NCBI RefSeq assembly: GCF_009834535.1
Contig: NC_045697.1
Coordinates: 58,344,001-58,408,000 of the forward strand
Length of the DNA stretch: 64,000 nucleotides
Origin: Camelus ferus
Lineage: Eukaryota
Direction: 5' to 3'
Below the pieces are notes generated by a model. That model worked only from the letters and a program-made list of their open reading frames with translations, was not told where the DNA came from and ran no database searches. Both the position numbers and the translations under genes were made by a program. Of this stretch, positions 12,951 to 26,598 are shown one piece after another (positions within the stretch are counted from its first letter, which is position 1; each line of letters starts with the position of its first letter).

Positions 12951-14634
12951 TTAACTGGAAAACATTATCTTTTATAGTCAGAGATGACATCATCTAGCCA
13001 TCAGATTAATTATATGTAAATTACAAACATGAAAAAATAATATTTTATCTTTCCCAATCTGAACATAACAGGACACAATTCAAAATATGTATTCACCACC
13101 TTAGGAAAAAAAATATCAGCCATTTTCTGAAATTGATGGTCATACTTCCTTAGTCATAAACTAAGTAGAAAAGATATATACAGGTCAGACGTAGCAGGCT
13201 AGTAAAAAAAAATGTAAAAAATTATAAATAAATCCTGACCAGACCAAGGATTTGCTTTCACTAGAAGAGTCTTTCAAGCACTGAAAAGTGAACTTGTTCA
13301 GAAGTTCAGAAGTTCAGTTCAGCTAAGCATTCCCCAAATTTGGCAGTTGATCCAAATGTTATTTGAACCTTTAGAGAACATATAATTAGACTGAAAATCT
13401 TATTAAAACAGGATCACTGTCTGGTACTATTTCCACAAGTTTTGCCTCTTGATATAGCCATAACAGAGGACTAGAAACATATGTAAAAGTAATTGATGAA
13501 AATTACCAACATTTTTCTGAAATATAGGACAAGACTAAAGTTGGATCAGGCTCATGTACAAAGTTCAAGTTGTTTGTTAAATGTGTTCCCATGTGGCAGT
13601 TTAAGGGGGTAAAAAGTGAATGGTTCAGGTGATAGTTTTCCCCTAAATTGTACAAATAGCCAAATTAAGAAAGCCACGAATTTCTTCACATACAGGAAAA
13701 CAAGAATTGTCATTCTCCATGTAAAATACTGAAGAGTATTTTATATGTATATATATTTTCCCAATCTATATGTATGTGAGGAGTACTAGTCTTCTTATAG
13801 GCTGATGGAGATCAGCTTGGTCAAAAATTATAGAATTGTTGAAAATAGAAATTGTACTAATTTTTAAGAGTCATCAGCTAATTTGATTCTTATTTCCATT
13901 CAACTGAAAACAATGTTCTTGCAAATGTAGGCTCTAAATTTAATTTCCTCCTCTACCCAAATAGTGTTCTCTACAGCATAAAACATGTTACTACCAGTAA
14001 TTTCATTTTAAAACAACTACAAGAATAACACAACCTTCAAAAACCCGAAAAAGTGCTCCCAATCCCTATGTGATCTCTGTGAACTCTATCATTGCCTCAT
14101 TTTCTCAAGGAAAAAGAAAGAACAAATAACTTTTTTGATAGCCACTCTGTTTCAGGTTTTGTCTTCTCATATTATTTCATTCATCATCAGTTTCTTCTCC
14201 CTTTTATTTATTCTAACACCCTTGTTACTGAGATCTTGAGGTTGCATGCTTCCTTGAAATCTAAAAAGTCTCAGGGTTTAAAATTTCTTATTAATTTTTT
14301 TATTTTCCACAAAAGAATATAAGTATATATTTATTAGCTTTTATTTCAAAGCTATTTCCTCACAAGCCAAGTTTTCAAAGTACCATCCTGGATATTTTGA
14401 TTACCACCTAATTCAGTAATACTTAATTGAGTTGGAAACTAAAAACAGAATCCTGGAATGCAGATTCACAAGGTGCTCCCAACAGGAAGAAATAAAATCT
14501 GCACTCTGTTACTTCAGCATCTTAAGCAGGCAGGTGGCAAATACTATCTGACTCTTAAACAACTTGCTTTTAAATCATTTTACACAACTCAGTCAAAATG
14601 TGACATATCTATAATAAATTTTAAGTTTAGTACT

Positions 14635-14636
14635 TT

Positions 14637-14708
<72 letters not shown>

Positions 14709-14716
14709 TTTTTTTT
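14635..14716. repeat. (TTTC)18 followed by T10
   Basis: Read directly; explains the KERK/FLSF low-complexity ORFs. Confidence 0.97.
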
Positions 14717-15376
14717 CTGCAGAAGGCAAAAACCAATGAAAGAAGAAATCTGGACTAGTTTTTCCAAAATCATGTACAACAACAGAACACCCAAAGTAAT
14801 CATGGAACACAAAGAGAAATAACCTCACTCCATGTAGTCGTAACGCAGAAAGCACACTTTACCTAGGAGACCACCAGCGTGCTTTTAGAAATCCACCTGG
14901 GTATGTTCTCAAGGCATATTTTAAATGGGCATTTGGCCCACAATTTATGTGTAGTACAAATTCTACTCCGTTTAATAATTCCTCAGTGTTATTCCAACTG
15001 TCAAAGTAGTTCACATTTTGTTTATATTCATTAAGTTCACTTAAGAATAGGCAATTATCTGGATATTGTTATTCTTTGACTCAGCATCGCAGAAATTCTT
15101 AGATACACAGTTGGCTGTCCCTCTCTTAACACTAACAAAAAGGACTCTAAAATTTGAGATAGTGGATATAGAGCCAGAATTGGCTCTTAAGAGAATATGA
15201 GAATGTCTCATCCTGGAGGTACATTTTTACTCATATCAATACCAAAAATAAAGAAATGGCCTAAGGGCCAAATGCCATTTCAACTTTCCATCAAGCCTAA
15301 GAGTCTCCTTTACATCATTGCTAAATAATTCTTTAAATCATGCATCAAATGCTATATTCAAGGCCCTGCTCCAAAA

Positions 15377-15875
15377 TGTAACTGGGTAGGACCCTATGGG
15401 GCCTTCCCGGGACAGACCCTTCCCCTCTGTCCTTTGCTTTAGTTCCTCTCTGAAGTACCTAGATGACAGTATCTGCTGCCTATTTCCTGAGTTGTTTTAC
15501 AGATGCGAAAACCCCCACCAAAAGGAAGATGTTAATGACTTGACGATTGTGAGCACAGAGCCCGCAGGCCAACTGGAGCCTGAGGACTGATGATGTTAAC
15601 CCCTGTGACACTGCCCTGTTACCTCACCAGCAACCAATCAGCAAATCGTGCACCAGCTGATCACATACCCGGCGACTCCCCTCCCTCAAATTGCCTTTAA
15701 AAATGCGGTCCTGAAACCCATCAAGGAGTTGGGGTTTTTTGAGCACTAGTGTCCCAGACACCTTGCAGAGTACCCTACAATAAACGCTGCACTTTCCTTC
15801 AGCACAACTGGGTGTCAGTAGATTGGGTTGACTGCGTGCAAGCGAGAGGATCCATGCACGTTTGGTTTGATAACC
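15377..15875 (+). mobile_element. ERV1 solo LTR (MER41-like cetartiodactyl family)
   Basis: Starts TGTAAC and ends GATAAC(C). Has AACCAATCAG CCAAT box, TTTAAAAA TATA-like motif and AATAAA at about 15779. Flanks AAAA/AAGA. Shares CTGCCCTGTTACCTCACCA-CAACCAATCAG with the LTR at 50702. Confidence 0.9.
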
Positions 15876-16700
15876 AAGAGACTCTGAGTTTCAGTTATTT
15901 ACCACTGTAAACAATGATTTAAACAATCATCTCACTTTAAAACTTGCTCAGTGATTTTAACTATATTGTTTTCAAAAGAAAACTTTTATATATCCTTAAC
16001 TATTGAACACAGTCTCTGGGGAAGGCAGATAATTCTTGCCCAACTTCATTTCAAAAACTTCCTTCATATTGACTTTAGCTACAAAAAGTTTAAAACTTGC
16101 TGAGAAATTGTATAATAAAAATGATGTTTTCTTTTTCTATCTTGATTACTGATATCTTCTTTGCAAAATCCTCCGAAATCCTACTGGAATACAGGTCTTA
16201 AAATTAACACCTGTCAGAGAAAGCCTGCCCCACCAATTAACAGCAAATCTTTTCTGCTGCTAAATCCTGGCAGCAGACCTGTATTTCTGTAGAAGACAGC
16301 CTCCAGAAATCTCATGAATTGCTATTTCCTCAGAGGGCAAGAGAAATGAACCTCTATATTAGCAGAAAGACAATATTAAACAGCTGCTCACAAGTCTCTC
16401 TCCAAAAGCACTTGATTTCTATAATAAACAGAATTAAATTGCGTCCATTTCTGGTCCTAAACAACAGGGCTGGGCTTTAAAATGTAGACTAGGCATATAA
16501 ACTGCCACTGTAAAACCCAGCCTCTATCATAAACAGGGTAGTCTAGGGAAATTCCAGATTGAAATTGTAAGCCAAAGCTTGTTAACCAACTGCTTTAAAA
16601 GGACATAGGCAAGTTTTGTTTTAATTATTTTTTTTTTATTCCTGGAAACCAAATTAAAAAAACCTTTTGTTTGAAAAAACAATAGAGTTTTTCTTTCTTC

Positions 16701-16724
16701 TTTTTTTTTTTTTTTTTTTTTTTT
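16701..16724. repeat. Poly(T)24
   Basis: Read directly. Confidence 0.95.
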
Positions 16725-18309
16725 GCCTTTCTAATTTGGAATGAAGATAAAATTAAAATTGCCATTCTTGTTTAAATGCCAACACATGCCATTTGTGCCA
16801 AAATGGCTTTATTCTGTGTATGAGCCCCATCAATTAAAATTCACAAGTAGAAGGGACTAGGAGATTTAATGCTTTGCTTGTTGAGCAGCCAGTGAACAGA
16901 GTAGAGAATTTCTTTTCTTTCATATGTAATCCTTGCTGATGACAGGAGTATACACAAACTCTGATGACAAAAACTGGATTGTTTCCAGTCTCCTTAGGCC
17001 TCCTCCAAACCTTTCCAGGCTTAGTTATTGGTTCTGCTCTGTGTGCCCTGAAGACATGAGAACTGGGCTCTTGGATCCATCCACCTAGAACAGGATTCCT
17101 TTGGTCTATTTAAGTACTGCCTCTTTAAATGCTTCAATAAAAGAAAGCACTAGAAACCAAAGGCAATAAAGGCAGAAAGCCCAGAAGAAATATTTCAATG
17201 GGAAAAGGCCTGAAAGCAGACATTTTGGAAGACCTCTTTATTGTTTGGAGTTTTTTATTCTTCTTTAATTGTGAATAAATTCCACCCTAAACTGCAAGAG
17301 AAATACAATAGCACCTTAAGCTTATAAACCTGCACAGACTTGTGCCTCTCAGATTACTAACTCAGGTGTGAGAGCCTAGTAAAGGCTAAAGAAGAACGTC
17401 CTGAATGAGAACCTGGCCATTCAGAGACAAGCACCACCCTGGAAAGGGCCTGTTTATTAGCATGGGCCATCCGAACAAATAAAAAGATTGTCCTTGACAT
17501 AATCTAGTTGCTTACTTAAAAACCAATTATTTTAGATGCTCCTTAATTCACTCAAAATGTCAGTTTAGTTACTGAGTAACTTGGGCTTGATTAGCAGTAA
17601 GAAATCATAGTAAGCCTTTACCAGGGTATTTTTTTAAGTATGAATTTATTTTCATAAAATGTATATGCATGATTGAAATACCAAAAAAAACAAAAAAAAC
17701 AAAAAAACCCCAAAAACCGAATCAGTAAGTGTTGGGATGTTCCAAATCACTGAGCAAAGAATAAAAATATTAGCTTCAAACTATTAAAAATTATTTTAAG
17801 TAAGAAATAATGTTCTATAAGTTACACATGTGTAATACCCTTTCATATTGTTTAGTGAAATTGTGGATTTTCTCTTGCTGTTGGATTTGTATGAGTAGAA
17901 ATACCTTGAAATTAAAAAAAAAGAATACTGTGATACTATTTCAAAAGTTCAGTTGTGTGATACTGCGATTCTCATAATCTATTTTTTCTATAATAAAGGT
18001 ACTTGGAAAATGGATAATTTATTTCATCAAATAAATATAAAAATGAAAGACAGTCTGAAAACTTACATACTAGAAGTTCTAAAAACAAATATTCAAATTG
18101 AATTACTTCTGTGACATATACACACACCAAAATGTATATCAATTATTCATCGAGATTATTTGTCTTTTGAGTTCCACTGTGCTTAGGAAGCATATTATAA
18201 ATAAATAGACACATATGGGGAAAATGTGTATTATGTATGTGTCTAAATGTACGTCCATACGTGTACACACACGCACACAATACACACACTCAGGAGCCAT
18301 TCATTTATA

Positions 18310-18790
18310 TGTATCTTTCAGTCAAGATCACAAACAATAGAACTCATTTTAGCAGGTTAGGTAAAAAAATGAGTTTATTAACAAGTGGCCCCCAGATTCT
18401 CTGAAATCATGCTTGGAAGCTACAGAGCCAGAGACATTTTTCAGGAAGAAACTAGAAGCTGATTGTGGACACAGCCATTATGGTCTCTGTTACTTATACT
18501 CTAAAAATAATAAATAAGTAAGATGAAATCTAAAATCTCTTCACCAGGCTCTGCCACAAGTGCCAGAGTGGTCATATGAGGACCTCCTTCCTCATGTCAC
18601 TCTCTTCCAAACAGAATTCTTAAGTGGTGTGTCTAATTGGTAGCACTTAGATCACATATCTGTACTTTAGTTCTAAGAGAATCTGGGGAAGGGGACTTCC
18701 ATCTTGGAATGTTGGGATTCATAACATTGGAAATTCAACAACAGAGAAGGAGGGTTCAAAACATACTGATGGCCACAATAGATGACAAAT
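18310..18790 (-). mobile_element. Old ERVL/MaLR-class LTR adjoining ERVL internal sequence
   Basis: TTCAGTCAAGATCACAAACAATAGAACTC...GAGTTTATTA reads as the reverse complement of an LTR 3' end with AATAAA; lies next to the ERVL pol remnant. Confidence 0.5.
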
Positions 18791-19249
18791 ATCTCTTACT
18801 ATCCATTTCTTTGTATCCCAACCTCATCACATATTTTCCTTCCATATTTAAATTTCCAGTAAGAAAATGTCTCAGGCTAACATATTGCAACTATTATTAA
18901 CACAAATGAAAATACAAGTGCCCTCACTCCAAACAAGTGGCAAATCCAAAGCTTTATAAGGTTTCTACCTCCAATTCCAAGGTATCTAGATGATAGTCAT
19001 TATTCTTCTAAGGCTATTATATTTCTGGCTTTGTGTTCTCTTATTTACTAAACTGTAAAGTAAAATAATAGCAGACTTAGAAAGAGAAGAATATTTTAAA
19101 ATATGTAAATATGTGTAAGACACTGCAAGGAATATGAGGGGATACTATATTCCTTATTTCTAGAATGGTTCATTATGTCATTTTGATTTTCTTTCTCTAC
19201 AATGTATTCTAGGCTTCTTTTTCCTTTGACCAATTCCTCAACTGCTCAG

Positions 19250-20900
19250 GGTTGTTACTTGGCATGGTATACCACAGTTTATTCCTTAGAAACAGAGGCC
19301 TTGGTGGTCCTTCCTGTGTGTACCTATCTGCGGTAGTCTTCTATTCACTTTACCACCAGTTATAATAGCACTGTGAAGACCAGGATATCCCTTATATTTT
19401 AAATATTAATTCCTGGACCCATTATGTAGCCCCCTATTATCTTTGATAATCAGAGTCAATCATGCTAGCCACAATTTAACTCCCATTCCTCTTGGCCTGT
19501 TCATAAGAAGTTTGTAATAGTCATGAAGCAGTCTCAGGTCCCAGTTTTATGGGAATACAGTTGTGTGCCAGTGTGGGAGCCATCTTCTCCTGGGTACTAG
19601 GACTATCAAACCAACAAAGCCAAAAATCATGGGCCATGAACTATAATTTTGTCAAAAGGTCAGAAGATATAAGAGTGAAAGGTTACATTCTGATCCCCAA
19701 TCTCTTGGTTCCCAGATCTTTGAAAGAAAAAGCACTGTATATTACTGAGTGGTATATAACATGTGCCACATTCTGCAAGATGTCTTCGAGCTTCATAAGA
19801 TTGGTGCCATAATGTGTCTTTGATAATCTTATACACAACAAGATCAGCAACTTTTGGGTGACAGAGGATGTAGCTAACCGTCTAAATCCAGTGAGTATAC
19901 ATCTGTGCCTTAATTCTGAACCTGTAAATTTTGTTCCAGCATCAGAGGCACTGGTACATGGCTATCATAATAGAAGACAAGGCATTCAGTTAGTCCACAG
20001 ACATTATTCATGAAAATGAGAAAAGGTAAACCTAAATATCCAAATTCAAAATAGTAGTTTATTCTAGTAAGACAAATCATTGTCCAGTTCATGGTAAGTT
20101 ATCTAACCCTTCCTGGCTAGTTCATACTCTCCCCCGGGTATGGCTGGATGAAGGATTTGCCCTGTGAGGTTCTACCATTGGAAAACTGGAAATCTAATAT
20201 AATCAGTAACTAGTCAGAGTGTGTTAAAGGAAGGACATGTTGATTCAATGCATATCCTCCTCACTGAAAACACGAATGAACCCATTCAGTGTTGGCATGG
20301 CTACTGACATTTTTATTAGCTGGGTCATCCTTTGACTCTAAATATTAATAATCTTCACAGTGAGAACCTTCAGCTTCTCATTCACATGGGAAACAAATAA
20401 TCCCACACTCTAGGTGTATTTTGTTTTCTATCTAAATACTTCTTCCTCAAAGTGCCTTGCCAGCAGTTCTCCATTCCTTTCAAGTCCATGCCAATCCAGC
20501 CTAACTATTAATCAGTGTATATGAATGGGTGTGAAAGATACCTAATGTCTTTTTTCCTTCTAAGACAAATGGAATATGAGAGGTATAGCCCAAAATTCTG
20601 CCCATCAGGATATTAATTCTTCCCCCACTGTCTTTTAGAAATATCCCTGAGTACTATCCTAATAATGCAGAGGTCCACATTTCTGATATACCATGCAGGA
20701 TGGTCTACAAACCAATCAAGCTCAATTTTTTTCCTCCTCTGTTAATTAGTCATTGGGAATTTCTCATGAAATCATAGGTATGAATTAAAGGAATGGATGA
20801 ATTCACATGATGATGGAGGGTTACTTGATATGTCTAAAAGTATGGCTTAGAACACCAAGTAACACCCAACACATATGGTAGCTCCTCTTCCAAATCAAAC
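19250..20900 (-). pseudogene. Decayed ERVL pol (RNase H onward) internal fragment
   Basis: Manual minus-strand translation gives PMIS*EIPND*LTEEEKN*A/WFVDHPAWY (about 20780-20690; ERVL PMASWGVPYDQLTEEEKTRAWFTDGSARY) and GLFVSHVNE (about 20400-20375; ERVL IFVSHVxAH). Many stops and frameshifts. Confidence 0.85.
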
Positions 20901-21308
20901 TCTTGAATGAATGCTTCTAATTGGAAGAGCCCCCTGATTCCATGGCCTAGTTTCAAGGAAGGTTGGGAAAGTATATTCCTGGTATTTTGCTTGAGAAGAC
21001 AGGATTTATATGGAAGGAAATTTTCCCTCGACTATGAAGAGGAGTATTCAAGATGTGGTGGACAACCACCAAGTATGAAAAATGATCATTGTAATATACC
21101 CATAGATCCTAGATACAAATAGAATTGGCATTCTAATGTAAGACAATGGAGGCCAAGAATTAAATGAGAACATATTACATGCTTTTTTATAGAACATAGT
21201 AGCAAACAAAATGAAACAAATCCCAAATTGTCTGATCTAGACTATCTCAAAGGAAGTTCAAAATATCCACTGGAGAGAGTAAGTCACTTATTTATTTACA
21301 GGAGATGA

Positions 21309-21345
21309 CATGGTGACTTCATTGCTTCATGGTGACTTCATTGCT
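21309..21345. repeat. Perfect tandem duplication, 19-bp period
   Basis: CATGGTGACTTCATTGCT at 21309-21326 and 21328-21345. Confidence 0.95.
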
Positions 21346-21864
21346 AAAGTTAGAACAGTGAGTTTGCATTCCAGTGGGAAAACTGAAAGAATCATACAAC
21401 TTGAAGGCAGACAGAGCTTTATGATCAGACCCTCAAAGCATAGTCCTGAGCAAATGAGGAAGGTCTGTTGTTGACTGAATGAAAGTGAGACATGACAGCA
21501 AAATTAGAGATTAAAAACTCTCTTAAACAGAAATGGAATTTTGATGTCATTGTAAAAATGTTTTTTTTCCAGAAACGCAATGAGTTATATTGAATGACCC
21601 CAATGTCTAATTCATTCTCTAACAGTAATTAAAGAGCTTAATTACTCTGTCTTGAGATAACTTGGTCCTTTCTAGCCTCTACTGTTTTCCACAGTGGCTG
21701 AGAGCCAGAAAAGGTGAAAGAATAAAATGAAAATGACAAGAGTCGTTGATTTTCTAGTCAACAAGTTCCAAGTTGACAAATTATTTCCAGGTCAGGCTTC
21801 CAGTCAGGTTGTAAAATGTTTCTCCAGCTAAAGTTTTTTAAAAAGGCACATTATCAGGCCTTAT

Positions 21865-22065
21865 TTATTTAAAAATCAAACATATTGAGGAATATAACTT
21901 ACAAACAGTATAAAGCATCCATTATGAGTGACTAGTTCTGTGGGTTTCAGCAAATGTTATGTACTCATATAACCACCACCACAATCAAGCTATAGAACGT
22001 GTTCATCACTCTAAAGTAATCCTTTGTTCCCCTTTCCAAATGATACCTCCCCCAACTCCTAGCAT
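21865..22065 (-). mobile_element. Old L1 3' end (L1MC/ME-like)
   Basis: ATTGAGGAATATAACTTACA...AACCACCACCACAATCAAG-TATAGAAC...CATCAC is a characteristic antisense L1M 3' end. Confidence 0.7.
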
Positions 22066-25000
22066 CTTCTTTTTTAAGCTAAGAAAGCTTACATTTGTGT
22101 TATAAATTTTTTAATCTAAAAAGCTAACATTTGAATTATTAGCTTCTAGGTAGAACTTTCTCTGTCTCTGCTTCTCTCTAACCTTCCTGATTTTTGTCTT
22201 CTCATAACAGCCGACAACAACCTTCACAAGGTTAAACTCATCCTGCATTTGGCCAGAATTCATTGTGTATATCCAGCTGCGTATTGTTAAATCAGTAAGT
22301 GTTTATCTTTTTTATGTCTGTATAGGAAAAATTCACTTAAATCCTCATATCGATTGCCAGGCATTATATTTAGCATGAGTCTCAGACTATGCTGCTAAAA
22401 ACGTTAAACAAGACCCCTGCCTTCATATGGATTACAATCTAAGTAAGTTGAATAAATTTACTGAAATTTACTGTAAACCAAACCCAATATCATTAATTCT
22501 ATTGAATCTAACACATCCTGTATAATTTTAGCACCATAAAAATGACAACACTGCTTCAGCTGTAAATTCCATATATTTTATATGCATATAATTACATGCA
22601 TATAATCAATAAGTACTTAAACAAATAATCAATGCATACTGAATGAATAAATATTTTATTTTTCATTTATTGACTTCATCCACTATTTGGTTGGTCTGAA
22701 GAATTATATGATCTATATACATACATAAGATAGTTCTGAAAACTAGTTCTGAGTCTTTCATTAAAACTAATTAGCAAAATACATTATATGGCAGCAAAAC
22801 TCTTCTACCAGCAACTCTTTATTTTTTCCCCCAGTATCTACCACCTAACTCATCAATTTGACAGTCAAAATAATTTTAAACTCCTCTGTCATTTCCCATT
22901 ATGTTCTGATATTTAAAAAAAAAAAAACCTTTTAAAGACTAAACTTTATTATAAATGTCTTTCTTCTCTGAGTCAAAAAAAAGTTAAAATCAATTCTATA
23001 ACAAAATATAGAAATGGCTCAACTGAATGTGTGCAAGCTAGGGAGCAAAACAGGCACAGTCTGTTATTCGATGAAATAGAAATGGACAATAAACCGAATG
23101 AAAAAAATATACAAGCAAAGATGGAATACAGCCAAAGAGCCAGTAAATGGAAGGTTGTAATTAAGCAGGCACCTAGTGGATTAGAGGAAATTAGACCACT
23201 GCTGCTGTGTTTCTGCTGCCAGCACAGAATGCTTTTTAACTCAAAATAGTCAACAGCCTACCAAGAGGACTGTAATTATATATTTTTAATTTTATTTCAC
23301 AGGGTATGAAGCAGACAGGATAAAATCAACAAAAATTGACAAAACTGCTTACTATCAATTATATTAAGTTAAATAAACGTACCTCTGTGAAAAGAGTTAC
23401 TAAATTTTAAGTTTCAAAAAGTTGGATTGTATATTTATTTTGATTCCGGTCATGTGGCATTCAGGCAAAGCCTCCCAGATAAATATCAAAAGGTAAATAT
23501 GTGAAGAATTTCATTGCCAGCATCCTGCACAAGAAACATCTGGCATCATAATCCTAAAATAACATATATCAAGAGTAAATGTCTTCAGCTGAATAAATAA
23601 ATTCAAAGCATCATCTCAGATTAGAGCATCTACATTTGGATTAGCCCAGTTTCCTTAGGAACTTTGATTGGGGACCAGCTTTCAGGAAGAATATAAGACT
23701 CAAAGGAAGTTTTCAGAGAACTCACGTATTAGCTCCTCTTCCCTCCATGAACCATTCTCTTCTACCAACTCTGCCACCCACCCATGTGTCTATAATTCTC
23801 ACTCAGTTAACTGCATGCCATGGGCTCTCCCAACTCTAGATTCCCACAATATTCCCCAAAGTGGCCTCTGGTCCTGATGCCAGAAACAAACATGATGGCT
23901 TAAACACCAATAGTTAAACAAATAATGCCTTTATGTCCTACTCTTTCTAAGGAACATCTATCTACAGCAATTGGGTGCTGTGGATTGGGTGGTAAAGGAT
24001 AACAGAGGCAAAATCTTTAGGAAGTTGGAGAAGAAAAATTCTAGAAATTAATGCTTTGCCTGGTTTTATCTCTGGCCAACCCTTTCTTTTCATTTTATTT
24101 TCCCCAGATTTTGTTATAGATCTTCCTGCTTCGTTTTCCACTGCCACCACCAGTTATAACACCAATTGTTACTGATTGATTGTTCTGATTGAAGACTCTT
24201 CAGAAATAGGTAGGGTAAATCAGTCTACCTCCATCAAATGTCCTCCTGTCTACTGAGATTGTCAGGAGTGCCCGTAGCCAAGTACAGCTATTAGGTTAAA
24301 AACTCAGCCCCTCATCCAATCTTTCATGATTAAAAGAATGAAGAGGTATGTAAATCAATACAATTGAGATGTTAATACTATCTAATACAGAAAAAAATCA
24401 TTAAGAATCATATTCTCAGGTGACCTGAAGTGTTTAGACTTGCGACTTGTTTGATGAAACCTAGACGTTGTCGGGTATGGGCGACTGAATAACCATTGTC
24501 AAAAAAGAAAAAGAAAAAGACTTGCCTTTAGAAATAAAACTACTTTTGTTATAATTCAATCAACCAGATTGCTATTGAACACCTAAAATTATGTAATTTT
24601 AGATGCAGAAAGTGCTTTAGGGATAATTTAGCTAGATATTTTCATTCAGAATATGATGAAATTAAATTCTTGAGATATAAAGCAATTTACATAGGATACC
24701 ACAAGTTAAAGCCAGAAGACCTATGTCTCCCAATATTCAGAGCAGCATCTTCCCTCAACTACGATAATAATGGACAAGTATTTTCATGCTAGTCATTCAG
24801 GGTAATGAAAATGACTGTTGGTCACGTATTTATCTTCCTCAAAAGTAACATAATTTTATTAGGACTATGAAGGAAAAAAAAGTACATTCTGGACATTAAA
24901 TTCTCAATAAAGGGTATTTCTGAGGAACAAGATGACTGAAATATTTTACTTTCTATGTTGCAGACATAACCAGAACATTCTGAAGTCATGCAGCCTTCTA

Positions 25001-25279
25001 GAGTTTACCCTTTTTTAATACCCTTTATTAACACAACTCAAGCCTCCATTCCATGGGAGCAGATTCATTCGTCTTCCTGCTATTTCTAAGCCTTCCTGAG
25101 GTACCACGAGAATGAGAAGGGACATTTGCAGAAGGGACTCAGACCTGCATGGATGCTTTACACTATGTCCCTGTTCTCGGTTCAATTTTAAATTACTTAC
25201 TAAAACCTAATGCTACCTCCGGTTTCTCCCCTTCTCTATGTATGATTTTACCTTCAACTTTGTATTTAATTTTTATACT

Positions 25280-25465
25280 ATGCCTACCAGTGATGTAAGA
25301 ACTTCATGTGCATTAACTGATTTAATCCTGGAAACAACTCTGTGGATTAAGCACACTTTACTCCCGTTTTGGAGCTAAAATAAACCTGGCACGGAGAGGC
25401 TGGGATTTGAGCCCAGGCAGGCCTGGCTACATAGGCTATGCCCCTAAACATGTCTGCACTGCCTC
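25280..25465 (-). mobile_element. MIR SINE
   Basis: ATTTAATCCT...AACAACTCTGTG...GCTGGGATTTGAGCCCAGGCAG. Confidence 0.7.
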
Positions 25466-26598
25466 TGTTTTGTTCCCCAACGTGTAACTAGCATAAGGCT
25501 GTTGCGTAAAATTTCTACCAAATCCAAAATATACTGGAGCATCATTACTGCATAACAAAAAAAATAAAGATTAGAAATTGAACTGTGGCCATTATTGTTC
25601 CTATATTCCTAGCCATCACTGCCACAAAGAATCTCTTACCTTCCTTTCTTTGTCCCCCAGTTTCTCACATTGTTATTCCTCTTTTAGGGCCACCTTTCCC
25701 ATTTCCTCTCTGCTTTGAATCTTATGAAGCCAACCAAAGTCCTCCCTCTCGAGTCTTTAATAGACAAAGAACAACTCAAATTTCCTGCTACTGTTTTGAA
25801 GAATATCTTTTTTGTCACCTTTCCAAAGAAGCCTGGCCTTTGAACTTCATAACCAAATGCTCTATTATTCTAAGTTTGCTTCTTAAAAAAATTTATCTAC
25901 CCCGACCAATGCTTCTTCCCCCACCTAAAATGAGGGTATGAATATGGCTCAATTTTGTTTGATATTTTTTCTCCCATTGTATGTATTTTAGAAAAAAAAA
26001 TTGTTTTTAAATTAGAGGAAGTTATTCTAAATTACAAAGTTAGATTTATCCTTATCTTTTTAAAATGTCAATATGCAAATTGACACTGTTTTCTAGACAC
26101 TAAAAGGTAATATAGGGATATATTTGAGAAGTCGAACAGCAGAAGGTCCTTTCTACTTTTACTTCTTGAGTATAAGTGATAGAGTCAACTATAAATTTAG
26201 GTGGACTTACATCTGTTAGTAGAGTAATGAAGAATCAAAAAAAAAATACTAACTATATAAATTCTTTAATGTAATAATTAGGAAATACCTACTATATAAT
26301 TATTATTTGGAATATTAAAATTAACCATCTTAAATATTTAAGATGTTTTTCAGTTTTTGAATACTGATTTAGAAGTGGATGAAATCTAAAGACTCTTTAT
26401 GGAGAAAAATATACACACACATATAAAAAAAGAATTGTGTGCAAAATAACAGAAAGTTAACCCTTGAACGGGGTCCACCAATCTCTAGATTTAAATTATA
26501 ACGTATTATATTAAATTTATTTTTAAATGTTAATGTTGTATAGTTTATTAATCTTACTTTTACTAAAGAATTACTGTTTCTAAATTTAAGACATATTA

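Noticed and set aside
14458..14855. KERK/FLSF repeat ORFs
   Set aside because: Translation of the (TTTC)n microsatellite.
21309..21345. CRISPR-like repeat, or any prokaryotic system in the window
   Set aside because: Only two adjacent copies with no spacers. The whole window is mammalian repeat-rich DNA with no operons or long ORFs.
25585..25941. 118-aa ORF with GTG start
   Set aside because: Pyrimidine-rich low-information sequence, no domain, no splice support.
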